A stretch of 64,000 bases of DNA from Epiperipatus broadwayi. Its lineage: Eukaryota > Animalia > Onychophora. Made by a program: the position numbers and the translations under genes. The stretch spans positions 20,522,001 through 20,586,000 of the forward strand of contig JAQFVV010000004.1 of the NCBI GenBank assembly GCA_028023455.1, given 5' to 3'. The notes below the pieces were generated by a model. That model searched no databases. It saw nothing but the letters and a program-made list of their open reading frames with translations, and was not told where the DNA came from. Positions 51,805 to 64,000 of the stretch are shown one piece after another. Every line of letters begins with the position of its first letter. Positions within the stretch are counted from its first letter, which is position 1.

Positions 51805-51872
51805 ACATCTAATTAGTTATCATATATAAATCACATCCAACACCTAATTGGTTATCATATATAAATCACATC
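51805..51872. repeat. ~35-bp tandem duplication
   Basis: ctaatt(a/g)gttatcatatataaatcacatc occurs twice; a similar motif lies at ~52152. Confidence 0.8.
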
Positions 51873-52792
51873 ACCACAGACAATGCTTAAATAAATCATT
51901 AGACTAGCTGCAATATATTGCCAAAGCAACACTCTGGTAATAAATGGAAATCGGTTTAGTATCTTTGTTTATAATTTTAAATAGATGAGTGAAAACCATA
52001 AACTAAAACAGATTGAGATTATAACTTCAAAAGTTTTAAACAAACTTTATTCATTAAGCAAGAATGATGATAGATTCAGAAATAATCATTTTTATCTTTC
52101 AAATAAACTGCTGCTCAATACTTCAGATATAATAAAACATATTTACCAACAGCTAATTGATTACCATATGTAAATCACATCATTTACACAAATTAATAAA
52201 ATAACAGATCAAGACAATAAATGAATTACCATTTATTACTGTTATTCTATCACTTTATTTAAGCATTGGTTGTAGTATGTAAATAATAATTAAACCATAC
52301 CAAAATATAAAATTATATTCCACAATTGTTTGTGACAACTAATTAATTATTATAGTATAAATACTTAAAATTGCTTAACCAGTTTTCAAAGAATCATCTT
52401 TATAAATGCCTAAATCTAGTTTTGATAAAAATATGTTGCTTTGAATGCCCAATTAAACAATTTTAAAGATTATTTATTATCACACATTTTTGCGGAATAT
52501 AGTTATATAAATTTATTACATATATCTATAGTTAAAAATTCATTCTTATATTTCAAATATATGGCCATAGATATTAGAAGAGAAATCATGGTGTAATAAA
52601 ATAAAATAAAAAAAAACTCATACCTAATTAAAGAATATTATAGATACATATGAACTTTTTTAAAGTTTTCATCTAACATTATAAGAACTGTAATAATTTC
52701 TAACCTTATTAAGAATAATTAGCAATCATTTACGAATTTGCCAAAAAATGATCCTGTGAACAAGAACTTGCTACAAAATAGCCATTTTGCTG

Positions 52793-52836
52793 TGCTTTCT
52801 GATGAAAACCAGTCTGCTGGTTGAAATATTAAAGCA
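52793..52836 (+). ncRNA. Minimal type I hammerhead ribozyme, apparently intact
   Basis: UGCUUU-CUGAUGA-A-AACCAG ucug CUGGUU-GAAA-UA-UU/AAAGCA. Stem I is 6 bp, stem II 6 bp, and stem III the palindrome AUAU. Confidence 0.8.
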
Positions 52837-53994
52837 GTTTTATAGAGAAGTAATTGTCTGTTTTTTATTATGTTTTTATTTTTCCTTTAGTTTCTTCGTA
52901 TATTTATTATTTTCATAAAATAAATTTGTGTAATACATATTTTCTCATGCATAAAAGAAAATATAAAATAGTTGGATAAAAAGACAATAAATACTATAAT
53001 AAACAAAATATACTTACAAGCATTGAAAATGTACCCAAATAATCTATTTGTTATTCTCGGCCCCAATATAAAGAATTAAATACTAGAAATCAATAGATTA
53101 AATAATACTATAAAAATGCTAAGCTTTGAGTCTAACTTTAAGATTCTTCTCGTAAATAATTGAAAAGCAAATGTAAAATTGAAATTGCATTATAAATAAA
53201 GAGCAAATTCTATGAAATTAAAAATGATAGGACAATATCTAATTTAAAAAAAGATATACTAAAACCAAAAAATTTAGGATAAGTAATGAAATAAAAAAAA
53301 ATCATTAACAAAATAAAAGTGAGATTTAAAAAAAAATAGTAATAGAAAAGATTAAATAAGCAATTTATTTATACATATAAGCACCAGATCTGCAATCTAT
53401 GTATAGCTAGGCTAATAATAAACTGAGGGAGCATATATATATTCTTAGTGTTTACTCATTCTATTCATTCAAAAAAAGTAAAAATAACTTAGTGCACTAT
53501 ATCTTTATTTTTTTAAATAAAATAATGAACTCTTTCATCACAATTAAACAGCTCAAAATAATTTTTTTTTTTCAATAACTTTTTTTTTCCACCAATGAAA
53601 ACACAATAGCAATCTCATTATAAAAAGATTATGGCCTTTCTAGTTGTTTTGGTGTTTTTAAGCCTATATTGACTTGGGAATTTATAGTCATTCCTTACTT
53701 ATTTCAGATTCTCTGCTAAACTCTTCAAACTTTAAGCTTTCTGAAGAATCACAAGAATCTTTTACAATTACAAAAGTGATAATTTCTATTCTATTGTTTA
53801 AGAAAAATACTTTACGAATTTTCTTAAATTCTCTAAAATTTTGAATTTTATGCTTAGAAAACATTTTATTACACAAAATATTGTATCACATCAAAATTCT
53901 GAAAGAATAAAAGAAGTGAAGAATAAAATGTGCTTTTAATGTAACCTAAAAAAATGTTTTTAAGAAATGGTTGCTGATTATCATAAAATTTATT

Positions 53995-54160
53995 AAATTT
54001 ATACAAACTTTAAGGTTTTTATTTTTTGTTTACTTATATATACATATATAATCAAAATTACCCCAAATTCACAACTAAACCAAATTTATACAAACTTTAA
54101 AGTTTTTATTTTTTGTTTACTTATATATAATCAAAATTACCCCATATTCACAACTAAACC
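53995..54160. repeat. ~80-87-bp direct duplication spanning the left junction of foldback E
   Basis: 53995-54081 and 54082-54160 are near-identical; they include flank plus ~30 nt of the arm end. Confidence 0.85.
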
Positions 54161-54540
54161 AGACTAGCCAAGAAAATAAACTCTAAAACACTACGAATGG
54201 TTTCCCTGCTATAAGAAGACTTCTCAAGTGTAAAGAACTATAAAATAACATATTTAAACTAAACATTACCCACAATACCATTTACTTCCCATATACCCTT
54301 AATATTAAAAGAACTTTTAAATAAATGAACTGCTTCAGTTAACTTATTTAAAAGTTCTTTTAATATTAAGGCTGTATGGGAAGTGGAATTGTAGGTAATG
54401 TTTAGTTTAAATATGTTGTTATTTTGTAGTTCTTTACACTTGAGAAGTCTGCTTGTAGCAGGGAAACCCTTGGTAGTGTTTTAGAGTTTATATTCTTGGT
54501 TAATCTGGTTTAGTTGTGAATTTAGGGTAATTTTGATTAT
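54127..54540. mobile_element. Foldback E: ~205-bp arms, 3-nt loop, HHR variant in each arm
   Basis: 54127-54332 pairs with 54336-54540 around CTT. Confidence 0.88.
54436..54479 (+). ncRNA. Hammerhead ribozyme with U3-A8 variant core
   Basis: ACAC-UUGAGAA-G-UCUGC uugua GCAGG-GAAA-CC cuu GG-UA/GUGU. All three stems pair. Confidence 0.65.
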
Positions 54541-56744
54541 TTATTAACTAGTTTAGCTTTATGTTTTATTGTTTATATATATATATAATGACAGCATATA
54601 AGTGAAATAAATGTATATTAATTCAAAGCGTATTGCAGTTTCACTATATGTCCAAAAAGCTCATACTACATTTATATATTCATTTACCAAAATGTAAACT
54701 ATTATGTAAAAAGACTTTTCAATGTGACTTGTGATATAAATCTTTACATAAATTGCCAGACCAATGTATGTTCATAAAGGAGAACCAGTATACATTGTTA
54801 CAATATATATAAGGCGGACTAGATTACATAAAATTAATAAGTAATTAATACTAACATTTAAATTAGGCATCTACTCAATAAAGTTTGAGTCAAAAGGTAA
54901 CAATAAAAACTTAAACTATATAAGTAACATTTCTGCAGACAGTGTGTGTATGCAAAACATTTAAACTTGTCTAACATAATGAAATAATTTCTTTCTAGTT
55001 GCCTCAAAATAAAATCAATGATATTCAACAAATATAAGACATTTAACTCAACAGTGTATGGAAACCAAATGCATAGTAATCTTTTGAGAAAGCACAGAAA
55101 AAAAGTGCACTATATAGGCATGATAAGTCACTTTATTTTTTACTTTTCAATAATATTTCAAAAATGAACACTACTTATAATTTTTTTTTTTATAAATTTA
55201 TTGCATAAAGTTACATTAAAAAAAGAAAATTATAGTAAAAAAAAAAGATATAGAGAATTTATATATGAATTTTTAAAATAAACTGATAGATGCTTTCAAG
55301 TATGTACAATTTTAATAATTATATTTTTATGTTATATCAAAATGAATTATCTAAATGTAAAATTATTTTTAATTATAAAAAGAAAATTAACGTAATCATA
55401 TAATAATTATACTTTTATTAGTTTGTAAAAAAAAAATGGCCATATAATATTTGCAATGTATATTTTTGCATGCAAAATATATGCATATATTTGTGCACAA
55501 ATTTAGTCAGTAATTTATTTTTGTTGTCCATCTTATTTAAAAAACAAATTTATAATCTAACATTTATACTATACTCCCAAAATGAATATCTTCTACCTAG
55601 ACTTGAGGCTGCTGAAGAAATCAAAGATCGTTATTTTTGCAAAAAAACCCTCATTTAGGTAGAATAATGTTAAATAATCAAAAAAGCTTTTATTATAAAA
55701 CCATCATACCAAAACTTACAATTTACGAAAGCTAATTATTACATTTTCTTATCTTTGTTGTTTTCTGAAGTATCAGCAAACGTATAAAAAAAGTAAATAT
55801 GGCATTTACAGGAGTGGGAAAGTTAACTAAAAATGATAAAAGACAATACACTTACTTTTCATTTAATTAATGGGTTATTCCTGAGAATTTTCAGAGAAAA
55901 AATGTCCTAGGAAAAAAATTAAAAACAACTAAGGCTACTTGTTTACAAAGTCCAAAATTGAAATTACCAACAAATCTATGTATTTCAATATGAAAGGCAA
56001 TGTGCCTTAACAAAAGATAACATCTTAATAAAAAATAAAATATTATTTTACAAAACAATTAAGCTGTTTAATTATGAAATGCATTTGTGTGTATATTATG
56101 CTTCTTTCTAAAAGTCCCAGAAATCATTTTGCCTGAGCTTCTACTCTATAATATACCCAGGCGTGTGTGTAGCAGTTTATTAGTGGGTTATTCCAGGGAA
56201 TTCCCATTCCAATTCTTGGTTCGCAGTTGTAGTATTGTAATTAAAAAAAGAAGTTAACTCAGAGCAATTAGCTTTGCAATTGGCTCTGCTTCCTTGTATT
56301 TATGAAGGTAAGATGTTCTATAAGTTTAATTTATATTTAGATATATCATACATACAACGCATTTGCTATTTTCTTTTCATTTTGAAGATGAAAAACCAAA
56401 AATATGTAATACATATTTAAATGGTTTAAATATTATAATAAAAATAGGAAAACAGTTCATAAAATTAACAATAAAGTTCTCAAACAAATGATAAACAATA
56501 AAATAACAATATGCATCTGTAAAAAAATATAAAAATATTCTGAAATAGCCGAATGATAATGTTATTAGATAGGGACTAATAAAATTATCATTTCAACACT
56601 GGGCTCACAAATTTTCAAAAATTTTAGTCTCTTAACTTATGATATATTTAATATCTTATATCATAGTATGTAATAATATTTTAAACATTTTTTTATTAAA
56701 AATATTTTTTGTAGAGATAAATTTAATACACAACTAAAAAACAA

Positions 56745-57090
56745 CCATGTCAGATTCTGTGTGGACATATTTTACAAAAAAAAGGAGGCAAAAAAGCGAA
56801 ATGTTTAAAATGTGTAAATAAGTTATTAAATTGTAAGGGATATAAGGCATTTGCAATAAGTTCACAAAATTAATTTACTGAAACAAAATGCAAATGATGA
56901 TCAAGTCGCTGATCCAAGTAATGTAGAAAACATTTTGACAAAATTCTGAATTAAATCTGACTTTTTAAAAATATTTTTTTTATTTTTTCTCAAAATTTTT
57001 ACTTATAAGTTAACGTTTTTAAATTTCCCAGAATTCCCAGGAATATTAATTTTAAATTTCTTATTTCTTGGGAACAAAAAATTTCCAACT
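56745..57090 (+). mobile_element. BED zinc-finger remnant, probable non-autonomous hAT
   Basis: MSDSVWTYFTKK..(fs)AKCLKC. ttccc(a/g)ggaa-type subterminal repeats at 57025-57070. Confidence 0.45.
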
Positions 57091-57657
57091 AATACATTTA
57101 ATACTAATAAAGTGTATTATATAATACAGTTTATTATATATTACGTATGGTTCTGTGCACAAACAAATATCTATAATGAATGACTGAACCAAAGTGTATG
57201 CAAGATATTAACAAAATGTTTTAAATATGAGTAACTTTTAATACATTATATCAATTCTAGCCTTCTTTAATTTATCATGTCATACTTTGCTGAAACATTT
57301 GCTTCATCCATAAACTCTATGCATTCTGTTCATGTAACTGCAGTGATTTGAAATTTCTTATTTCTGTATTAGATTTACATTATTCAAAGAGAGAATTTCA
57401 TTTATTTAACTCTCCCCCAAATAACTAAAATAACCATTTTTGAATTATTATATATTTTATACTGTATCTATTTAAAACATTATAAAATGTGATTAAGACA
57501 ACTATAATTTGTTTTTATCAATAAACATAAAGATTAACTTAAGCTTCAAAAAAAAATTAAAACTTTTACCACAAGTTTTTGATATTTTTATAAACTTACA
57601 AAGTTAAATAACTTATCTGAATCATATATCTTATAATTGCAAAGCAATCTGATAATA

Positions 57658-57967
57658 AACAATGAGGATTGCCAATTCCTCTATAAGCTTTGTGATAAAT
57701 GCTTAGCCAGAGCCAGCACTTAAAATATCTGTCAGGAACCCCTCCCCAAACCCTTGACCATGGAACCTACCCTGACACCTCTTTGAGGAGTGCCAAAGCA
57801 CGAAACCATGGTCAGGGGTTTGGGGAGGGGTTCCTGACAGAGATATTTTAAGTGCTGGCTCTGGCTAAGCATTTATCATAAAGCTTGTAGAGGAATTGGC
57901 AATCCTCATTGTTTATAACTTACAAGCTTAAGAGATAGGGTCATGTGATCTATGACTCTTATTTTGA
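57658..57967. mobile_element. Palindromic HHR insertion D: 109/111-bp arms, 42-bp spacer, 13-bp TSD
   Basis: Arms 57655-57763 and 57806-57916 (3 substitutions, one 2-nt indel). CAATCTGATAATA at 57645-57657 and 57968-57980. Confidence 0.92.
57778..57818 (+). ncRNA. Type I hammerhead ribozyme motif (C3 changed to U)
   Basis: CCUCU-uUGAGGA-GUGC caaa GCAC-GAAAC-CAUG-GUC/AGGGG. Stem III is the palindrome ACCAUGGU. Confidence 0.78.
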
Positions 57968-59084
57968 CAATCTGATAATAGTTTCAGAATATCAAATACT
58001 GGCTTATGCAGATCTAAAAGCAGCTTTGGATCCAAAATCTAATGCTTAATCAATGGTTATTATTTAAATTCAAGTTGTGCATTATCCCTAGACTTTTTTG
58101 GCCGACGACTTCTGCAGATCAGATTAATTATATTGAATATCTATAATTTTATATAGGCAAAGCAGGTTAAACTTTTGAGCATAATATGTTTCAGGCAACA
58201 CCAAGACTGCTGCTAAAATATAATCTGCTGGATCATGAAGCATCATATCTAGTCATCTCCACAGAACTATATCTCATCAGTAATGAATAATACACTTCTG
58301 CTAAGTACTTTGTTTATAATGTCTTGAGTTATAATAATGTTTAAATTCATTAGCACAGCAGGATATATTTAATACATAAAAGAACGTTCACTGCTATCTT
58401 GCTTCATCATAAAAATATAAGTAGTGCAAGCGGTTATCACAAAATCAAATTGGCTTGCTTTTTTTCTCAGTATTACTTTTCTGTTTGATTAATGATCAAA
58501 ATCTGATCTCCCTTTAGTTGCTGTTAATATTTCTATCAATGTCAATATCTTATATTTAAAAACTGATACTGTCTCTTTATAAAAACATGATTTTCATAGT
58601 ATTAAAACAACATCCTCTCTTTGCTGAAATGCTTTTTTCCCAAAATATGGTAATCTCTTTAATTAGTTTCCTTCTTTACCTTATTGGTATTATTGATTTT
58701 TTTGCACAACTATTTTTAGTTAATTTTTTTTTTTTTTAGTTTAACTTAAAAAAAATAAATTATAGCATATTTGAAATTGTTACAGCTAGTTTTTTTTTTT
58801 TTAATCCCTAGTTTATTTAGTACTTTTCTGAATTGACTTTTACTCTTTAAAATGATATAAGATTTGCATTTATAAATTGTTTCTAAGTTCAAAAATTAAA
58901 ATACTATGTAAGGGGGTCTATTTACAATATACACATCTTAACTTTTATATTTATTCCAATTTTATATACGATATTTATGTATAATTTTAATTACCGTATC
59001 AATAAAATTTTGAGTTTTTTTTAAAAATAAATTGTTCTATATCATTATGAATCTCTCATAGAAGCTGATTCCCTATTCACTTTT

Positions 59085-59940
59085 AAACTTAGTGAATTTA
59101 AAATACTCTAACAGAAAAAACAGCTGCTGATGAGATACCCATACTACATCATTATTTTCAACTATTATTGATCCATTGCAGGATGAAGAACTCTCCAATT
59201 TTAATCCAGTTTCTCTGATCCATAACCTGTTTTCTCCATGTCAGATCAACAAACTTCTTTATTTCATTCCTTCATTTTACAAATGATCCGTGTCTAAATC
59301 TTTTAAAATCTCTTGAGAATCCATATATTTCATTTTTGATCTGTTCTTGTTATTCATAATTTACATCTCTCCACACTTTGTTGAGTGGTTCGAGGTTTCA
59401 GTACTTCTCTTATGTAAAAAGTCAGGTCTCAGATCCATAAATAAGAGCAGGTAAAACATATGCATGAAAAATTTTCCTTTTCACATATATAGGTATAATT
59501 CTTCCAAGTATAAATAATTCTATGATTAATTTCATACATTATTTTCCATCTGTATTAATAACTTGACCAATGTATTTGTAGTTAACTTCTAAGTTGTGAT
59601 TAACAATCTTTATTTTCTTTTATTATGAAATTCCACTGAATATTACTTAGTTTATAGCATTTATCTCTAATCTTATTTTCTTACATTCATCTGATAACTC
59701 TTGAATTATTTCCTAAAGTCATCTGCAAAATCTAGTTGACTTAGATAATTGGCATTTATTTTTATTCCCGTAGGTTCTCATTTTACTCCACAAAATACTT
59801 TTTGTAAAACTGCTATAAAAAGTTTTGGAGATGAAATCATATGTTACACACCTGCCTCAATGTTAATCTTCCTAGTAACACCATGTAATCTAATTATTGC
59901 TGTTGCATTTTGATAAATATTCCTCATAATATGACAACAT
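59085..59940 (-). mobile_element. RTE LINE, RT C-terminus to 3' end
   Basis: LDFADD, YKYIGQ, LIYGSET and a 3' end matching 28690-28740. Confidence 0.8.
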
Positions 59941-60389
59941 GGAAATATTTTCAATCATAATTTTCTTTTTATTTTTTTACATTTAGTTGTCTAAAAATTG
60001 ACTTTAGCCAACTGTATATCTAGTACTTACATCAAACTGCAGAAACAAGATTGCTGTTAAGTAAAAGGAGACTCTTTGATTCCTCTTTGAGGCCTTAAAG
60101 GAATCAAGCAGGGCAAATTCTTAATGACCACTCCATATGTTTATGTCATTGCAATGGTTATTACTATATGATTATTCAGATAGTAAACAAATATAGATGA
60201 ACTTCTCACCAATACACAGCAGTCAGCTTGGTGAGTTTATTAGTTTTTTGCCTCATAGTTTAGGATTAAGAAACACCATGGTTTTTCTTCTCAGTTACCA
60301 GATAATTCTTAGCTTAAATGTCAGATTAATTTTCTTGAAGTCAAGATGAATGTGTGTGTGAATGAACTTATACATATATATATATATAA

Positions 60390-62262
60390 TGTACCGCTAT
60401 TGAAAAGTGTCACATAATTTGTAATATTTATACGAAAAACATATAATTAGTTTAAGGATTTTAATTCAAAATTTTAAAAGAAATAAAATACTGTGGAAAT
60501 ATTTATCAATAAATGATTGGAGTAAATGTTATTAAAAGAAATAAGTAAAAGTTATAAGAAATAGAAATATGATGTGGAAAAGGTTTTTTTCTCTCTCTCT
60601 CTTATGAAACACAGATTGCCAAAAGACAAAGCACTGCATCATTTTATTTTATTTTAAAAAAGAGAGAAAAATCTAGTAATTAAAGAGTGAATAGGGAAAG
60701 AGGAATAAATTTAACTAAATAAAAGACTTAAAATCTATAGTTCTCTCTTTTCATTTACATAAAGAAAATAAAAAGTGTGTGTGTAAAGAAATGAAAGTTG
60801 AATTAAAATAGGTAAAAGGAAAGCATATAAGCTTAAATCCACTCAAAGATTGCTCGGCTGATATAAAAAAAAAAAAGAAAGCATGGGAACAGTAACTATA
60901 AATAAAAACAACGGGAAATAATTTTAGACGATATCATATCCAAAGGCCAGATTAATCTACACAGATATGCAGATTAAAAAAACAATGGGAATATAATTAG
61001 TAAAATTTACAAATTAATTAAACTAGATGGAAGCAATAACCAAGGAAACAGTAAGGAGAACTTTCATAAAAGGATTGAAATCTATTCATCATTATTAATT
61101 GACCCTCTTTTTTGATTCACAGCAATCGTTAAGATTAAAATTCATAGTACTACTGTAAAAGAGTTCCATTGAAAAAAAGACGGGAAAAACCATCAACATC
61201 AGTTTCCGGAATATGCGATCTGTTTCCAGTCCTGGTCCTCCATAACACCAGAGACCCTCCATCTAAGAGTGATGCCCACATAATAATCTGAACTGTCGGG
61301 AAATCCAAAATTCAACCAGTTGGTAATCCATATAGCACGAGAGAGCAAGAAGTCATATCCTTCAGAATGCCAAGTGTCAAAATCCTAGGTAAATATAAAT
61401 TTCATATTCCCATTCATATACTGAAGTGTTTGAATAAAAAGACTAGGTTAGACTTTGAAAGTCAGAGCAATCTTTAAGTTCCATAATTATCTTTGAGTGT
61501 TCCCTATAATTATCTTCAAGTGTTTTATATAATCATCAATAAGTGTTTCCTATAATTACCATATATAATGAATTCCAGTATGTGCATGTATTTAATATTC
61601 TCATAATATATAATAAAAGCTTCCCTTAAGTGATGAACTATATTTAGAAGTGCGTGTGCATATTCATATTTATAATTTGTAATTAAATCAATATTTATTA
61701 TCATGTTTTTATTAAGCTTGAAACAAAAATATAATTTTCTTTACTATAATATTTTAGCCTCAAGCTTGATCAAAATGTCTTAGAATAAATTATTTGTTTG
61801 CTAAGTAATGCTGGGCAGTTCTTTTTAAATAATTACACCACTAATAGACAATATTTAGTTAAGTATAAACACTAAACAGTCTAATGTTTTATTTCCTGTA
61901 ATAAAGTGAAGAGTTAGCCAGGGATTAACCAAGCGCTAAATTGTTTGCCTGTCGTCTAAGCATGCTAATTATAGTTTGTGATTAGCTGGTGCCCGAGTTT
62001 TTATCTCAAAACAAATAAAAATGCTTTGGATGGCAGTGGTTTGAATTTAGCAGCTGAGAAGTTCTATAGTCTGAAAATGTGGCCGCAGGGTTATACTTTG
62101 TATAGCCTAGATCTGGTTATAGGTGCCATTGGTCTTAACAACCTTCTGTAGTTGACTTCTTCGCTTGGAGGGCCGGTGTGCTACGATAATAAAAGTGCAG
62201 CTGGAGTTGATCGAGATTTGTTTTTTAATTTACATATTCAGAGCGATCTCCCACCCAATTCA
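60390..62262. mobile_element. ~1.9-kb LTR-like element, diverged relative of 29755-31643
   Basis: Starts TGTACC within (TA)n and ends CA+ATAT. Shares aaaatcctaggtaa and tagctggYgcccg...tcaaaacaaataaaa..tgct.tggat. Confidence 0.5.
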
Positions 62263-62289
62263 ATATATGTATATATATATATTACAATC

Positions 62290-64000
62290 ATGACAGATGA
62301 AACTAAGTTATGGCCATATTCCCAGGAGTTATAAAGTCACCAGCCAAGGAAATGGTTGGTAGCCAAAAGTGGAGAGTGTTAAGAATTCTTTGATTGTGAA
62401 ATCAGGTGCTATTCAAAGATTTTTTATTTACGTACTTAGATCTGCAAATCACTTTCGAGTTAAGGAAAATTGCATGAAATGGAAAAACTGTGTAATAATA
62501 TTAAATGACATATAGTTGATCTTTGTGAAGTTAGAAGATGAAGAGATAATTGATTTAATAAATGGATATATACTTTTTTAAAAAGTCTCAATATTGAAAG
62601 CACAGTAGAATGGGCTTCATTATAAATAAAAAATGGAAAAACATTAAGGAGACTGATAATATATTAGAGTAATAAGATTCAAATTAATGATACCAAATGC
62701 AGATAATTCAGATTTATGCCTCAATAAATTTCATTGTGATGAAATAATAGAGAATTTTTATATCGATATACAAATTGTTTTTGATCTGACCAAATAAAAT
62801 TGATATGAAAAACTTTAATGAATTGGTAAATGATTGAATGATAAAAGTACTGTGGAAAAATTTGATTATACTGTACGAAATGATAGAGGACACAGATTTG
62901 TTGAATTCACATAAAAAGAAAACCTGTATATTATGAAATTTTTTTTGAGAAAAATACTAAACATAAATAGATAGTGAAGTATCCAAATGAAAGATACAGC
63001 AGAATTGGATTACACTTTCACTAACCGAAAATATATATGTCAAGAGATCCAACAGTGATTATTGATTAGTCAAATGTAAGATACATGTTAATGAAAAATT
63101 AAAGAAAAAAGTGATTAAAAACAATAATATCCAAAACTCTCTATACGTATTCCCACTCATTCATGTGATGTTTATTGGGTTAAAAACAATAATATCCCTG
63201 ATCTTCAGAAACATTCCAATGAATTTAAATTATAAATTCACTAATCATTTTAAAATATTAAAGTCTCTGAAGATGGCTCAGACTTGGATGAAATCAATAA
63301 AATGATAATTGATACTCCATAAACAACTGCAAGAAACATAGCTAGTATAAATTTTTTGCTGCGACAATATATTCAAGACAAAAGGAATATGAACATTTTA
63401 AAAAATAATCCATTAAGAAAAAATAATAGTATGAAAAAAAAAAGAGTTAATAACAATATTAGAAAAAATAATTATGAATTGGCAAGAGAAACTATAAAAA
63501 AGAATAAAAGTTTCTAAAGTATAAAAAACATATTGGTATTGAAAAGAAAGTTATTGCTACAATAAGAAGTAACTACTACTAAAAAGAGAGATGACTATAA
63601 AAAATTATATGGTAATAATGAACAAGCAACATAAGACTTCCCATTTATTACATCTGAATCACCTGGCATTCTAAATAAAGAAGTGAGACATGCAATAAAA
63701 TCTATGAAAAAGAGAAAAAACCCAGAAAGTAATGAAATTATAATTGACATCTTAAAAGAAGCAGTTAAAGAAATAGAAAAATTGTTGGTAAAGTTATATA
63801 CCAAATATCTAAATAATAAATATGTATCAGATAATTGAAAGAATGCAATAGTAACATTTATATTTAAAATGATAAAGATATTAGAAATTACAAACCTACC
63901 AATATTCTATTCTATACTAAATCTTTACCAAGATAATTACAACCCTTTTACAGAAAACTTTGGATTTTTACAACTAAAATAACAAGCAGGATTTAAGTGG
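62290..64000 (+). mobile_element. Decayed RTE LINE (APE, linker, start of RT); runs off the window end
   Basis: ELDYTFTNRK (APE end), EVRHAIKSMK..IIIDILKE and an NYKPT-like RT start; same family as 25560-26200. Confidence 0.8.

Noticed and set aside
56230-56310. Plus-strand exon-like segment ending GAAG/GTAAGA
   Set aside because: In-frame stop just upstream and no suitable acceptor or partner exons.
60075-60110. Hairpin containing tgaggcc..aagg, HHR-like
   Set aside because: Lacks the CUGA and GAAA core elements.
63266-63300. CTGAAGATGG...GAAA HHR-like string
   Set aside because: Lies within the RTE linker coding remnant, and stem II does not pair.

Overview
Very AT-rich, CpG-depleted eukaryotic (metazoan, probably invertebrate) genomic DNA. 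One host gene is present: TRAPPC2L on the minus strand, with four coding exons (48551-48379, 36664-36577, 36494-36415, 20303-20243). Its 11.7-kb intron is of the U12 (minor spliceosome) type, and the short first coding exon was not found in the window. Almost all ORFs in the supplied track are transposon remnants or AT-rich noise. The rest of the window is decayed mobile DNA: a Gypsy LTR element, many RTE-clade LINE pieces, a CCHC-finger LINE family, an L1/Tx1 3' end, two hAT transposons (one with TIRs and an 8-bp TSD) and ~1.9-kb LTR-like elements. The most striking signal is a dense set of Penelope-related foldback insertions and minimal type I hammerhead ribozyme (HHR) motifs from several unrelated families. 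These include near-perfect palindromes bounded by 12-13-bp TSDs whose arms break at or near the ribozyme, tandem ~360-420-nt HHR monomers resembling retrozymes, U3-A8 core variants and a tRNA-SINE/HHR chimera. All calls were made by eye, with no database search or folding program. Boundaries of decayed elements are approximate (tens of bp).
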